Assembly (NCBI GenBank): GCA_951812785.1
Contig: OX638335.1
Location: 1,745,963-1,809,962, forward strand
DNA length: 64,000 nt
Origin: an uncultured Gammaproteobacteria bacterium
Lineage (GTDB): Bacteria; Pseudomonadota; Gammaproteobacteria; UBA4575
Direction: 5' to 3'
Part shown: piece after piece, positions 9,145-20,616 of the stretch
Position numbering within the stretch: the stretch's first letter is position 1
Layout: the number at the start of each line of letters is the position of its first letter
The notes under the pieces: model-generated
What the model was told of the DNA's origin: nothing
Database searches by the model: none
The model's input: the letters and a program-made list of their open reading frames with translations, nothing else
Program-made: the position numbers and the translations under genes

Positions 9145-10221
9145 CTATTCCTGCTTAGATATCTGCTCAAACGCATCCACTTTAGGCCAGGCGTTGATAA
9201 CTGCATTGATCAAGGTCGCTAGTGGGATAGCAAAAAATACTCCCCAAATACCCCAAATCCCTCCGAAGAACAATACTGCTGCGATAATAGCAACAGGATG
9301 CAAATTCACGACTTCAGAAAATAACAACGGGACCAAAATATTCCCATCCAAGAACTGAATAATGCTGTATGCAATCAATACATAGGCAAACTCACTAGAG
9401 ATACCCCACTGTGCATAGGCAATAAACATCACTGGCAATGTGATTACCGCGGCTCCAGCATAGGGGATAATCACAGAAAGCCCGACTAGAACTGCTAGCA
9501 ACATGGCGTAATTTAAATCTAAAAATGTAAAGGTCACATAGGTCACTGACATGACCATAAATATTTCAATGAATTTACCACGTACATAACTGGCAATTTT
9601 CTGGTTAACTTCAAACCATACTTCATTGGTTAACTCACGATCTCCCGGCAGAAAATCTTCTAACCATTGCAGAATCATCGTCTTGTCTTTGAGCAAGAAA
9701 AACACCAGCAGAGGCATCAGAATCAAATACACAAGTATCGTGATCAGACCCACTACCGAAGCAAGCGGTTTAGAAATAAGTGCCTGCCCAAAATTTACAA
9801 GTTCTCCACGAATAAATACGATCATATCGTGCACTTGTTCTTCATTAATTAAGCTGGGGAATCTTTCTGGCAGCTGCATAAGTAACTGCTGCCCTTGGCT
9901 CACCATTATTGGCAGGTCTTTGAAAAACTCTGTGAGTTGTTTGGACAATACTGGGATAAATACAAATAGTAACAGTAGCAATACAGCCATAAATATTGAA
10001 AAAACAATAAATAGCGCAATAATTCTTGGGCTTTTACTTTTCTGTAATAGTGTGACCGCGCCTTCTAATAAATATGCGACAACAATACTGGCCAGCAAAG
10101 GAGCTAAAATTGTCCCGGCAAATACAATGACTGCCAGCCCGCTCAACAAAAAAAGCAGTAAAATAACAACCTGTGGATCTGAAAAATGGCGGGTATACCA
10201 AGCTCGCAAATAATCAAACAT
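9145..10221 (-). CDS. AI-2E family transporter (PerM-like)
   Basis: Multi-pass membrane protein with YVRGKFIE, IPYAGA and DGNILVPLLFSEVVNLHP. Confidence 0.9.
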   Translation of the reverse strand: MFDYLRAWYTRHFSDPQVVILLLFLLSGLAVIVFAGTILAPLLASIVVAYLLEGAVTLLQKSKSPRIIALFIVFSIFMAVLLLLLFVFIPVLSKQLTEFFKDLPIMVSQGQQLLMQLPERFPSLINEEQVHDMIVFIRGELVNFGQALISKPLASVVGLITILVYLILMPLLVFFLLKDKTMILQWLEDFLPGDRELTNEVWFEVNQKIASYVRGKFIEIFMVMSVTYVTFTFLDLNYAMLLAVLVGLSVIIPYAGAAVITLPVMFIAYAQWGISSEFAYVLIAYSIIQFLDGNILVPLLFSEVVNLHPVAIIAAVLFFGGIWGIWGVFFAIPLATLINAVINAWPKVDAFEQISKQE

Positions 10222-10289
10222 AGAGAACTAACAACCTAACTTGAAACAATATAATATTATGGAGAAGCGCCGAAACACGCAATACGGGA

Positions 10290-11219
10290 TTAGTCTTCTG
10301 ATTTTGTAGCAGCCAAATTATTAGATGCATCACTACAGTATGTGCGCGCATAATCGAGCAGTTTTTCCATCGCACGTAATCTGAATTTTTGTCGCTGGCG
10401 TACAAATGAAAATGATCTTTCCATTGGAGGATCCAGCCTAACCGCAACCAAAGTGCCTAATTTCAATTCTTTTTCAAGCGTGGCTAGTGAAGCAATTGAT
10501 ATCCCCATTCCCGCCTCGACCGCACCTTTGATTGATTCGGGACTTCCCAACTCAAGTGATACATTCAAATTGTTGCGATCCAACCCTAATTTGACCATAT
10601 GATCCATAATCACTTCACGCGTTCCAGAACCTTCTTCTCGGCATATAAATGGAAAGTTCATCACTTCTTCAAGTGGGATAGATTTTCGATCAGCAATTTC
10701 ATGTCCCGGTGGCACTACTACAACCAGTTGATCGACACGACATACTTCAACCAGTAAATTCTTATTGGACACAGGTCCTTCCACAACACCAAGATCAATC
10801 ATGCTATTTTCAACTATAGACACAATCCCTTCAGTATTAGACACCTTTAACCTTAAATTAATTTCTGGGTATTCGACGGTAAACCCACGCAATAGCGCGG
10901 GCAACATATATTCAGCAATAGTAGTACTAGCGCCCATGGTTAACGCACCGCTCACATCACCCGTCAGTTCTTTAAGCGTGTTTTCCATTTCTGCGTACAG
11001 AGAAAATATCTCCTCAGCATACTCGTAGGCTTTGCGACCAGCTTCCGTTAACGTAACACGATTATGAGTTCGATCAAATAAACGGGTATGAAAATGATCC
11101 TCAAGTTGACGCACTTGAAACGTTACCGCTGGTTGAGTCATATGCAGAGTTTCAGCTGCTTTAGTAAAGCTCAGTAATCGTGCAACCGTATAAAAAACTT
11201 GGAGCCGGCGGTCAGCCAT
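10290..11219 (-). CDS. LysR family transcriptional regulator (CysL/CbbR-like subgroup)
   Basis: N-terminal HTH MADRRLQVF...SFTKAAETLHMTQPAV and REEGSGTR; start placed at ATG 11219. Confidence 0.92.
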   Translation of the reverse strand: MADRRLQVFYTVARLLSFTKAAETLHMTQPAVTFQVRQLEDHFHTRLFDRTHNRVTLTEAGRKAYEYAEEIFSLYAEMENTLKELTGDVSGALTMGASTTIAEYMLPALLRGFTVEYPEINLRLKVSNTEGIVSIVENSMIDLGVVEGPVSNKNLLVEVCRVDQLVVVVPPGHEIADRKSIPLEEVMNFPFICREEGSGTREVIMDHMVKLGLDRNNLNVSLELGSPESIKGAVEAGMGISIASLATLEKELKLGTLVAVRLDPPMERSFSFVRQRQKFRLRAMEKLLDYARTYCSDASNNLAATKSED

Positions 11220-11453
11220 AAACAATATTCCTTCGTGGATTCCCTGTGTTTTTGTGAGTATATCACTGCTATACACTACTATGATGCTTGAAATTTATCC
11301 AGATCCTTACCATTTCAACGACACAGCGGTTTTCTCTTGTCGCTGATATCGACAATTCCGTCATATCCAATCTACTTTATCGATGCCTGGCTCATTGGGA
11401 TTAGCAAAGCTTCTGCTACAATTTATCTATATTACGATATGGGAGCTTTAATC

Positions 11454-11903
11454 ATGTGGAAATCAAGAGCAATTGTTGAGATTGCCTTGGCATCAATTTT
11501 CATTGCGACAAATGCCAATGCACAGGCCTATAAATGGATAAGCCCAACGGGCAACACCATCTATAGTCAAACACCACCTCCGATTGGAACCTCGTTTGAA
11601 TTGGTAGACGATTCAAGTATCGCTTCTAGCAACTATGATGTATCCAGCACTAAAGATTTGAAAAAAAACTTGATCTCATCCCGTGAAGCGCGTGAAAAGA
11701 AAAAAGCCGAGCAACAACAGATCGCTGCAAGCAATCAGATTAAACGAGAAAATTGCGCACAAGCAAAAACAAATCTCACTTCTCTCACGAGTCGTGGCCA
11801 AGTCACTATTAAAGAAGGCGAGCTATACCGCAAACTGACCGAAGAAGAACGCCAAGACCGCATAAAATCAGCCAATCAAAGCATCGAAGAATTTTGCAAT
11901 TAG
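11454..11903 (+). CDS. DUF4124-domain secreted protein
   Basis: Signal peptide, YKW...G...YSQTPP motif and a C-terminal Cys pair; GGGAG RBS before ATG 11454. Confidence 0.8.
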   Translation: MWKSRAIVEIALASIFIATNANAQAYKWISPTGNTIYSQTPPPIGTSFELVDDSSIASSNYDVSSTKDLKKNLISSREAREKKKAEQQQIAASNQIKRENCAQAKTNLTSLTSRGQVTIKEGELYRKLTEEERQDRIKSANQSIEEFCN

Positions 11904-12017
11904 GCAAAGTATTTCTAGGCTCATTTTAGTATTTGCATGGTTAAGCTTGCTTGGCGACTAAATCTGGTATTTACTGGCGCGCATTTCGCCAATATTCACT
12001 AATATAATTGTTACTAA

Positions 12018-13733
12018 ATGCGCGTTTCTAACTTCCCACTTTCGACCTTAAAAGAAATCCCTTCTGATGCTGAAATTATCAGCCATCAGTTAATGCTAAG
12101 AGCAGGACTTATCCGCAAACTAACCTCTGGTATGTATAGCTGGCTACCATTAGGCTTACGCGTATTACGAAAAGTAGAAGCCATTATTCGTGAAGAAATG
12201 AATAATGCAGGCGCGCTTGAATTATTAATGCCGTCTGTTCAGCCCGCAGAGCTTTGGCAGGAATCAAAACGCTGGGAACAATATGGGCCTGAATTATTAC
12301 GTTTTCATGACCGGCATCAGCGTGAGTTTTGTTATGGACCGACGCATGAAGAAGTTATCACTGATATAGCGCGACGAGAAATTCGTTCTTATAAGCAACT
12401 ACCTGTCAATTACTACCAAATCCAAACCAAATTTCGCGATGAGATTCGACCCAGATTCGGAGTCATGAGAGCGCGCGAATTTATTATGAAAGATGCTTAC
12501 TCATTCCATGAAACTCAAGAATGTTTAGAAAGCACTTATCAACGCATGCATCATGCCTACACCAATATCTTCAGCCGATTAGGGTTAGAGTTTCGCCCAG
12601 TTGACGCTGACTCAGGCTCAATTGGAGGTAACCGCTCACATGAGTTTCATGTCCTGGCCAAGTCAGGTGAAGATGCTATCGCGTTCTCTAATAGCAGTGA
12701 CTACGCAGCCAATGTTGAATTAGCCCCTATAGCATACCAGCCAAATACAAACCCAAGTTCAAAAGCCTCTATCGAAAAAATAGCCACACCAACTGAAAAA
12801 ACGATTGAAGAAGTCAGTAAGGCACTACATGTCGATAGTAAACAATGTATCAAAATGCTAATTGTTAAAGCTGAAAACGAAGGTGTAATTGCATTTGCTC
12901 TACGCGGCGACCACGAATTAAATACCGTCAAAGCTGAAAAGGTTGAAGATGTCTTTAAGCCACTCACACTAGCCAGTGACGCCGATATCGAATCATGCCT
13001 ATCTTCTACTAAGAAAGGATTTATAGGTCCGCTCGAACTTCCATGTAGGGTGATTGTGGATCATGCCGCTGTTGCCTTAGAAAATTTTGTCTGTGGTGCT
13101 AACGAAGCTGGATTCCACTTTAAAAATGCTAATTGGCCCGATATAACAACCCTTGAAAAGGCTGATCTAAGAAGCATTCAAGAAGGAGACCCAAGTCCTG
13201 ATGGTCGAGGCCATATTCAAATTAAACGTGGCATTGAAGTCGGCCATATTTTCCAACTGGGTGAGAAATATAGTCGCGAACTCAACGCCAGTGTATTAGA
13301 TCAGAATGGCAAAGATAAAATCATGACGATGGGGTGTTATGGTATTGGTGTTTCGCGCGTTGTCGCTGCCACCATTGAGCAAAACCATGACGAGCAAGGA
13401 ATTATTTGGCCACTTTCGTTAGCCCCGTTCCAGCTCTCCATTATCCCTATTAACATGAACAAATCTGAAGTTGTCAAATCATACTGCGAAGAAATCTATC
13501 AACAGCTCACAGAAAAGGGCATAGAAATACTTTTTGACGACCGTAATCTACGTCCAGGGATGATGTTTGCGGATCATGAACTGATTGGCATCCCTCACCG
13601 CCTAGTGATTAGTGAACGCGGCTTAAAAACAGGCAGTCTCGAATATAAAGCCCGCACAGACGAAAATAGCCAAAATATTAAAGTATCTGATATTGAAAAT
13701 TTTTTACTAAACGTAATTACCTTAAATAATTAA
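12018..13733 (+). CDS. proS: Proline--tRNA ligase
   Basis: [26 protein letters not shown] editing domain and GCYGIG. Confidence 0.98.
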   Translation: MRVSNFPLSTLKEIPSDAEIISHQLMLRAGLIRKLTSGMYSWLPLGLRVLRKVEAIIREEMNNAGALELLMPSVQPAELWQESKRWEQYGPELLRFHDRHQREFCYGPTHEEVITDIARREIRSYKQLPVNYYQIQTKFRDEIRPRFGVMRAREFIMKDAYSFHETQECLESTYQRMHHAYTNIFSRLGLEFRPVDADSGSIGGNRSHEFHVLAKSGEDAIAFSNSSDYAANVELAPIAYQPNTNPSSKASIEKIATPTEKTIEEVSKALHVDSKQCIKMLIVKAENEGVIAFALRGDHELNTVKAEKVEDVFKPLTLASDADIESCLSSTKKGFIGPLELPCRVIVDHAAVALENFVCGANEAGFHFKNANWPDITTLEKADLRSIQEGDPSPDGRGHIQIKRGIEVGHIFQLGEKYSRELNASVLDQNGKDKIMTMGCYGIGVSRVVAATIEQNHDEQGIIWPLSLAPFQLSIIPINMNKSEVVKSYCEEIYQQLTEKGIEILFDDRNLRPGMMFADHELIGIPHRLVISERGLKTGSLEYKARTDENSQNIKVSDIENFLLNVITLNN

Positions 13734-13993
13734 GGTTGAATTCACTGGCGACTAAAACAATAAGTTCCTATACTATATTTTAGTGTGTAAAGGAACTTAT
13801 GAAATCACAATATAATAATATATTAAGTTATTTTGTATTGCTATTCTTACCATTTTACGAATAAACTCCCACCTAAGGCATCTGTTATTTCTTTCAATAG
13901 ATGTTTAAACGCGTGTAATGTGAAGTTATGCGCAATAATAAATTAGTAATAAGTAAACACTTAAACTTCCTTTTGTTAATCAGGAGCATATAT

Positions 13994-15337
13994 ATGAAGA
14001 TGAGAGTAATATTACTGGCAAGCGCATTGTTGGCAATGGTCGGCATGAGTAGCGTAGTCAGCGCAGAAGATACAATGTACGTCCCAATTCCAAGTTATCG
14101 TGTGGGCCCATATGCAGCGGGTGGTACAGGCTACTTTGGTGGAATCTTAGACTATTATAATTTATTGAACTCACGTGGTGGTTTAAACGGCGTGAAACTA
14201 ATTTGGTCTGAGTGTGAAACTGAGTATTCAGTTGAGCGTGGCGTAGAGTGCTACAAACGATTGAAAGATCGTGAAGGTGGCGCTGTATTCTTCGACCCAC
14301 TATCAGTCGGTATTTCAACTGCACTGATCGAAACAGGTCGCGCAGACAAAATGCCAATTATCGCGGTTAACCACGGTAAAACAGCGGGGCAACGTGGCGA
14401 CATTTTCCCATACTACTTTATGCCAGGCATCAACACTTATGATGAGCACTCCATTATGGTGCACTACATTGGTGGTTTAGAAGGTGGCATGGACAACCTT
14501 AAAGGCAAGAAGATTGCCATGTTGTACCACGGATCACCATATGGTCGCGAAGCCATTGATTTCATGGACAGCATGTGTGAGAAGCACGGATGTTCACATG
14601 AAGCAATCGAAGTCCCTCACCCAGGTAACGAGCAGCAATCACAATGGCTGAAGATTCGTAAATCAAAGCCTGACTACGTATTACTACGTGGCTGGGGTGT
14701 GATGAATCCAGTAGCGATGCAGACGGCTAAGCGTATGGGTTACCCAGTAAGCCGTTTGATCGGTAACATCTGGTCTAACTCTGATGAGGACGTAATCCCA
14801 GCAGGTAGCTCAGCAGACGGCTACCAAGCGATTACAACTCACCCAGCGGGTACAGACTTCAAAGTGGTTCAAGACATCATTTCTGATGTATATGCCGCAG
14901 GTAACGGAGACCTACAAGATAAGTCACGTTTAGGGTCTGTATATTGGAACTTAGGAGTACTTGCTGGTGTTGTACATACAGAAGCACTAAGAATTGCTCA
15001 AGAGCGATTTGGTAACCGTGCATTGACTAGTTCAGAAGCTCGTTGGGGCTTTGAGAACTTAACGCTAACTGCAGCACGTATCGAAGAGTTAGGCGCAACT
15101 GGTCTAGTGCCAGAGTTAAACTTGAACTGTATGGACCATGTAGGCGGTCACTTAGCTAAGTTCCAGCAATGGGATGCAAGTGCACGTCAGTGGAACATCG
15201 TGTCAGATTGGATTGAAGGTGATGTGCCATTATCACAAGCGATCATTGATGCAAGTGCAGAGAAGTATGCGGCAGACAACGGTATCGAGAGACGCCCTTG
15301 TGATGCTAACAACAATGACGATGACTTCGATATTTAA
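13994..15337 (+). CDS. ABC transporter substrate-binding protein (LivJ/HAAT-like periplasmic binding protein)
   Basis: Signal peptide, YRVGPYA, ECETEY and HPGNEQQSQWLKIR; AGGAG RBS before ATG 13994. Confidence 0.88.
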   Translation: MKMRVILLASALLAMVGMSSVVSAEDTMYVPIPSYRVGPYAAGGTGYFGGILDYYNLLNSRGGLNGVKLIWSECETEYSVERGVECYKRLKDREGGAVFFDPLSVGISTALIETGRADKMPIIAVNHGKTAGQRGDIFPYYFMPGINTYDEHSIMVHYIGGLEGGMDNLKGKKIAMLYHGSPYGREAIDFMDSMCEKHGCSHEAIEVPHPGNEQQSQWLKIRKSKPDYVLLRGWGVMNPVAMQTAKRMGYPVSRLIGNIWSNSDEDVIPAGSSADGYQAITTHPAGTDFKVVQDIISDVYAAGNGDLQDKSRLGSVYWNLGVLAGVVHTEALRIAQERFGNRALTSSEARWGFENLTLTAARIEELGATGLVPELNLNCMDHVGGHLAKFQQWDASARQWNIVSDWIEGDVPLSQAIIDASAEKYAADNGIERRPCDANNNDDDFDI

Positions 15338-15357
15338 TTCGAATTCATAATCGAATC

Positions 15358-15388
15358 AAACCGGACTCTTTTGAGTCCGGTTTTTTTT
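15358..15388 (+). terminator. Intrinsic terminator
   Basis: AAACCGGACTC-tttt-GAGTCCGGTTT plus a T-run. Confidence 0.9.
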
Positions 15389-15445
15389 CGTCTGCGTTTT
15401 CATAAAATCTAATATAATTAACTTAAAGATTCTCTTTAAATAAAT

Positions 15446-16232
15446 ATGAGTATTCCACCAAATCGTAGCGTACTAATCACCGGGTGTTCATCAGGCATTG
15501 GTTACCAAGTTGCCAAAGACTTACTCCAGCGCGGCTATAAAGTAATTGCTAGCGCACGTCATCAAGGCGATGTGGACCGACTAAACAATGAAGGCATCCT
15601 TAGAATACTCAGAAGGCTCTCTTTATGGCCTGTTTAATAATGGCGCTTACGGACAGGCTGGCGCAGTAGAAGACCTCACACGCGAAGCCATAAGCTTACA
15701 ATTTGAGACAAATGTCGTTGGCACGATGGAATTAACCAACTTAGCCATTCCTGTCATGCGCCAGAATGATGGTGGACGTATTATTTTCAACAGCTCTATC
15801 CTTGGGTTCATCGCACTAAAATTTAGAGGTGCTTATACCGCGAGCAAATATGCCATTGAAGGATTTGCTGATACTTTAAGGCTCGAATTACGTGGCACAA
15901 ACATCGCCACTAGCTTAATCGAACCGGGTCCTATAGCAACCAAGTTCAGAGTCAACAGCTATAAGATGTATCAAAAATACATAGACCGGGATAGCAGTCG
16001 ATTCAGGCAAGAATACTTAAACTCAGAAAAACGCTTACTTAAAAAAGGCGCTGCTGTTCCCTTTACGTTACCAGCATCTGCTATCACACCCAAGGTAATT
16101 CATGCGCTTGAAAGTCGCCGGCCCAAGCCACGTTACTATGTCACTAAACCAACTTATACCTTAGGCTATATGAAACGAATACTCAGCAATAGGCAATTAG
16201 ATAAATTATTACTTAAGGTTTCTGATAGCTAA
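15446..16232 (+). pseudogene. SDR family NAD(P)-dependent oxidoreductase (YbbO-like), broken by an internal deletion and frameshift
   Basis: The TGCSSGIG Rossmann motif is in one frame; NNGAYG and YTASK are in another. The linker normally containing 'LDL..D' is missing at about 15599. Confidence 0.85.
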
Positions 16233-16233
16233 T

Positions 16234-18810
16234 TTAATGTTTCCCAAAGTTTGGCTGACCTTCATGCATATCAACTTTAATGACATCACCCGCTACATAC
16301 TTTCCTTCTAATAAATCTTTTGCCAAGGCATCCTCCAAATATTGCTGGATAGCTCTTTTTAACGGTCGTGCACCATAGATAGGATCAAACCCTGCATTAC
16401 CAAGATAAGCCAAGGCATCATCAGTCACCTCAATGTCAATTTCACGCTCAGCCAAGCGTTGTCTCAAACGATTCAACTGAATTTTTGCAATCTCTTGTAT
16501 CTGCTGTTTAGTCAGTGGTTTAAACACGATCGTGTCATCGATTCGATTAATGAACTCAGGTCTAAAATGTTGACCTACCACATCCATCACTGTTGATTTA
16601 ATCTCATCATAATTTTGAGATGCAGATAACTCTTGTATTCGGTCACTACCAAGATTAGACGTCATAACAATCACCGTATTTCGAAAATCTACCGTGCGTC
16701 CATACCCATCAGTTAAACGACCATCGTCTAATACTTGTAATAAAATATTAAATACATCGGGATGTGCTTTCTCAACTTCATCGAGCAGTACAACGCTATA
16801 GGGTTTACGTCTAACGGCTTCTGTCAAATAGCCACCTTCCTCGTAGCCCACATAACCTGGAGGTGCGCCTACTAGGCGCGCAACAGAATGTTTCTCCATA
16901 AACTCAGACATGTCGATACGCACAATCGCTTCTTCTGTATCAAATAAAAATTCCGTCAATGCTTTAGTTAATTCAGTCTTACCCACTCCTGTAGGGCCTA
17001 ACATTAAAAATGACCCATTAGGGCGATTAGGATCAGCAAGACCTGCACGAGACCGTCTTACCGCATTTGAGACCGCTGTAATTGCCTCATTCTGCCCAAC
17101 TACTCTGCGTTGCAGATAGCTCTCCATCTCCAATAGCTTTTGTTGTTCACCTGACAGCATCTTATTGACAGGAATGCCCGTCCACTTGGAAACCACTTCT
17201 GCAATTTCATTATCACTCACGTTATTGCGCAGTAATTGTGTTTGCCTATTTTCATTACCGGCGGCATGTGCAATTTTTTCCTCTAATCCAGGAATCACGC
17301 CATATTGAATCTCTGACATTTTTGCCAAATCACCTGCACGCCTGGCCGCGTCCATTTGAATTCGTGCTTGTTCCAACTCTTCTTTGACATGGTGTGCACC
17401 TTGTAACGTCGCTTTATCAGCTTTCCAGATTTCCTCTAAATCAGAATAGCTTCGGGATAATTCTTCAATTTCATTTTCAAGAATTTCCAAACGCTTTAAG
17501 GATGCATCATCAGACTCTTTCTTTAACGCTTCTCGTTCAATTTTTAATTGAATAAGTCGTCGATCCATGCGGTCCATTTGCTCTGGCTTAGAATCAATTT
17601 CCATACGGATTTTTGAAGCAGCTTCATCCACCAGATCAATTGCTTTATCTGGCAACTGACGACCGGATATATAACGGTGTGACAAAGTTGCTGCAGCGAC
17701 AATCGCAGGATCTGTTATTTCTACACCATGGTGTAATTCATAACGCTCTTTTAAACCACGCAGAATTGCGATGGTATCTTCCACTGAAGGTTCATCAACA
17801 ATAATTTGCTGGAAGCGTCGTTCTAATGCTGCATCTTTTTCTATGTATTCACGATATTCATCCAGCGTTGTAGCACCCAAACAATGTAGCTCACCACGTG
17901 CGAGCGCTGGCTTTAACATGTTACCAACATCCATTGCACCTTCTGCTTTGCCAGCACCCACCATGGTATGCAGTTCATCGATGAATAATATAATTTGGCC
18001 TTCTTGCTTAGCCAAATCATTCAACACAGCTTTCAATCGCTCTTCAAATTCACCACGGAATTTCGCACCTGCAATTAATGCACTTAAATCCAATGAAAGT
18101 AGCCGCTTGCCTTTAATCCCTTCTGGCACTTCACCATCAACAATTCTTTGTGCTAGACCTTCAACAATGGCCGTTTTACCTACGCCAGGCTCACCGATTA
18201 ACACAGGATTGTTTTTTGTGCGACGTTGTAACACTTGTATAGAACGACGTATTTCATCATCCCGCCCAATAACAGGATCCAATTTTCCTTGCTCGGCACG
18301 CTCAGTTAAATCAACTGTATATTTTTCCAGTGCGTCACGTTGCTCTTCCTGGTTCTGGTTCTTTACCGATTCACCTTTACGTAAGCTTTTAATTGCTTTT
18401 TGAATATTAGATTTGTTTGCGCCGAGTTGTTTAAACAATGCACCCACAGCACCTTTATCTTCTAACACAGCAACAGAAAAAGCTTCACAGGCAATATACT
18501 CATCACCCCATTCATGGGCCACTTTTTCGGTCATATTCAACAATCCTGAAAGACTCAATGAAATATGCACTTCCCCACCCGCACCGCTTACTTGTGGTAG
18601 TGATTCAATATGCTTTTGTAACTGAGCAGCGAGTTGTTCTACGTCAACACCTGCATTTGCATAAATGTTATAAACCCCACTGCCTTGATGTGCCAGCATC
18701 GCTTGCAATACATGCGAAGCCTCTAACATTTGATGATCATGTCGCACAGCCAAAGACTGCGCTTCTTGTAGGACTGCTTGAAATGTTGTGGTTAACTTAT
18801 CTGTTCTCAT
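16234..18810 (-). CDS. clpB: ATP-dependent chaperone ClpB
   Basis: Two AAA+ modules ([16 protein letters not shown]), a middle coiled-coil domain, 858 aa. Confidence 0.98.
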   Translation of the reverse strand: MRTDKLTTTFQAVLQEAQSLAVRHDHQMLEASHVLQAMLAHQGSGVYNIYANAGVDVEQLAAQLQKHIESLPQVSGAGGEVHISLSLSGLLNMTEKVAHEWGDEYIACEAFSVAVLEDKGAVGALFKQLGANKSNIQKAIKSLRKGESVKNQNQEEQRDALEKYTVDLTERAEQGKLDPVIGRDDEIRRSIQVLQRRTKNNPVLIGEPGVGKTAIVEGLAQRIVDGEVPEGIKGKRLLSLDLSALIAGAKFRGEFEERLKAVLNDLAKQEGQIILFIDELHTMVGAGKAEGAMDVGNMLKPALARGELHCLGATTLDEYREYIEKDAALERRFQQIIVDEPSVEDTIAILRGLKERYELHHGVEITDPAIVAAATLSHRYISGRQLPDKAIDLVDEAASKIRMEIDSKPEQMDRMDRRLIQLKIEREALKKESDDASLKRLEILENEIEELSRSYSDLEEIWKADKATLQGAHHVKEELEQARIQMDAARRAGDLAKMSEIQYGVIPGLEEKIAHAAGNENRQTQLLRNNVSDNEIAEVVSKWTGIPVNKMLSGEQQKLLEMESYLQRRVVGQNEAITAVSNAVRRSRAGLADPNRPNGSFLMLGPTGVGKTELTKALTEFLFDTEEAIVRIDMSEFMEKHSVARLVGAPPGYVGYEEGGYLTEAVRRKPYSVVLLDEVEKAHPDVFNILLQVLDDGRLTDGYGRTVDFRNTVIVMTSNLGSDRIQELSASQNYDEIKSTVMDVVGQHFRPEFINRIDDTIVFKPLTKQQIQEIAKIQLNRLRQRLAEREIDIEVTDDALAYLGNAGFDPIYGARPLKRAIQQYLEDALAKDLLEGKYVAGDVIKVDMHEGQPNFGKH

Positions 18811-18841
18811 TGGCTTAAAATATAGTTTTAAGATGCTATCT

Positions 18842-18870
18842 ATTTGGGGACGAGATGGAAAACTTCAAGG
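18842..18870 (-). promoter_or_regulatory. Sigma-32 (RpoH)-type promoter of clpB
   Basis: Minus strand reads CTTGAA-N14-CCCCAAAT, close to the CTTGAA...CCCCATNT consensus. Confidence 0.7.
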
Positions 18871-18878
18871 GCAAATAA

Positions 18879-19601
18879 TTAACGCCTCGCAATAATCGTT
18901 ACCATTCTGCCTGTGACTGAATGGCGGCGATAAGAAAAAAACTGCTCCTCATCGCTATAAGTACAATAAGACCCGCCGTATATATTCAATATATCAGCCG
19001 CTTTGAGAACAATCTTTGCTGCTTGATATATATCAAGATTCCATTTACCTGATTTAATCGCTTTAAAGCAGGACTCAAAATCAGCATTACGCTTGATATA
19101 GTCTTTAAAAACATCTTCACCCACCTCAAATGATTGCGGACCAATTGCTGGCCCTAACCAAACATGGGTTGGTTTAATGTAATGAGACATGACATGAATA
19201 GTATTTTCTATCACGCCATCAACAAGACCGCGCCAACCTGCATGGGTTGCGCCAATACATTCACCATTGTCATCAGAAAATAATAGCGGTAAACAGTCGG
19301 CGGTTAATACGGCACAAGCAATATTTTTACTCGTTGTGAATGAAGCATCGGCTTCAATATTGGCTGCATCCATGGTAATAGTACTGTGCGTCTGTTTCAG
19401 CCATTTAACATCAATGCTTCCACCTAAGTATTCGTTGATACGATGGCGATTACTTAATACATCATTGTGATTATCGCCAACATGCAAGGCTAGATTAAAT
19501 TCATTGTACGGCTCTGAGCTTACGCCCCCCATTCTGGTCGTAGTGAAAGCTGTCACTTTATTCTGTAGAGGCCAATCAGGATAAATCAACTGAAGGCTCA
19601 T
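18879..19601 (-). CDS. pgeF: Peptidoglycan editing factor PgeF (YfiH)
   Basis: NLALHVGD, TADCLP, HAGWRG and FFSYRR motifs. Confidence 0.95.
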   Translation of the reverse strand: MSLQLIYPDWPLQNKVTAFTTTRMGGVSSEPYNEFNLALHVGDNHNDVLSNRHRINEYLGGSIDVKWLKQTHSTITMDAANIEADASFTTSKNIACAVLTADCLPLLFSDDNGECIGATHAGWRGLVDGVIENTIHVMSHYIKPTHVWLGPAIGPQSFEVGEDVFKDYIKRNADFESCFKAIKSGKWNLDIYQAAKIVLKAADILNIYGGSYCTYSDEEQFFSYRRHSVTGRMVTIIARR

Positions 19602-20569
19602 AAAGGTGAATGCTCTCTAAGCTTAGTTAATAAGTCACACATATCATCAGGCATATCAGCATTCCATTTCATTGCTTGGCGCGTAACAGGATGCTCAAAT
19701 GCAAGTTCAAATGCATGCAAAGCTTGGCGCAGAAATGAACACAAACAATCATTTAATTCTTTTGGCACATTCGCCACTCGCTGGATACGAGGCGCGTACA
19801 CAACATCACCGATTAATGGATGTTTTTTAGCGGACAAGTGCACACGAATCTGGTGCGTACGGCCTGTTTCTAATTTGGCTTCAACCCAGGTATGTCGTTT
19901 AAACTTTTCAACAATTTTGTAATGCGTAATGGCAGATTTACCCCTTTCTGAGATTGCCATTTTTGTCCGGTCATGAGGATGACGGCCAATAGGTTCATCT
20001 ATCGTCCCTCCAGAAATCATATGCCCTCGCACAACTGCGTGATAACGTCGCTCCACCAAGTGCTCCTGCAACATATTAGTTAACCCAGTGTGAGCAACTA
20101 GAGACTTAGCCACTACCATAATTCCACTGGTATCTTTATCAAGGCGATGGACAATCCCGGCTCGCGGAAGTGATGATTGTTGATCGCTATGGTGAAGTAA
20201 TGCATTCATTAAAGTGCCCGTATGATTTCCGGCACCGGGATGCACTACCAGACCTACAGGCTTGTCAATAACCATCAAATGATCATCTTCAAACACCACG
20301 TTAATGGGGATATTTTCTGCAATATGTTGGGTATTTTGATCCTCCTGCACAGGATTCAAAATGACCTCCTCTCCACCAGAAACACTAAAACGACTCGCCA
20401 TGAATTCGCCATTCACTGTGATTAAGCGCTTCGTGATCCACGACTGTATTTTTGCCCGCGAATATTCGGGCAGAAGCATCGCTAATGAGCGGTCAAGTCT
20501 TAACCCGACATGATCTATGGGAATAGTAATCGTTTGTGTAATTTTTTCAGACATGTCGCTCGAAATCAC
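19598..20569 (-). CDS. rluD: 23S rRNA pseudouridine(1911/1915/1917) synthase
   Basis: S4 domain, HRLDKDTSG and ETGRTHQIRVH; rluD-pgeF-clpB synteny. Confidence 0.96.
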   Translation of the reverse strand: MISSDMSEKITQTITIPIDHVGLRLDRSLAMLLPEYSRAKIQSWITKRLITVNGEFMASRFSVSGGEEVILNPVQEDQNTQHIAENIPINVVFEDDHLMVIDKPVGLVVHPGAGNHTGTLMNALLHHSDQQSSLPRAGIVHRLDKDTSGIMVVAKSLVAHTGLTNMLQEHLVERRYHAVVRGHMISGGTIDEPIGRHPHDRTKMAISERGKSAITHYKIVEKFKRHTWVEAKLETGRTHQIRVHLSAKKHPLIGDVVYAPRIQRVANVPKELNDCLCSFLRQALHAFELAFEHPVTRQAMKWNADMPDDMCDLLTKLREHSPL

Positions 20570-20616
20570 GTGTGTAAGGTATACTTGCCATCAATATAGT
20601 TAACCAATTTGCCAAG

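Noticed and set aside
11952-13756. 11-bp direct repeat TGGCGACTAAA on both sides of proS
   Set aside because: It flanks an essential housekeeping gene with no integrase or transposase nearby; probably chance rather than a target-site duplication.
9626-18818. Long antisense ORFs (e.g. 9626-10213, 17771-18403, 18438-18818)
   Set aside because: Shadow frames of the AI-2E transporter and clpB; no recognisable motifs.
19340-19390. Possible small deletion in pgeF (DAANIEADAS)
   Set aside because: This is a variable loop, total length (240 aa) is normal and the catalytic motifs are intact.
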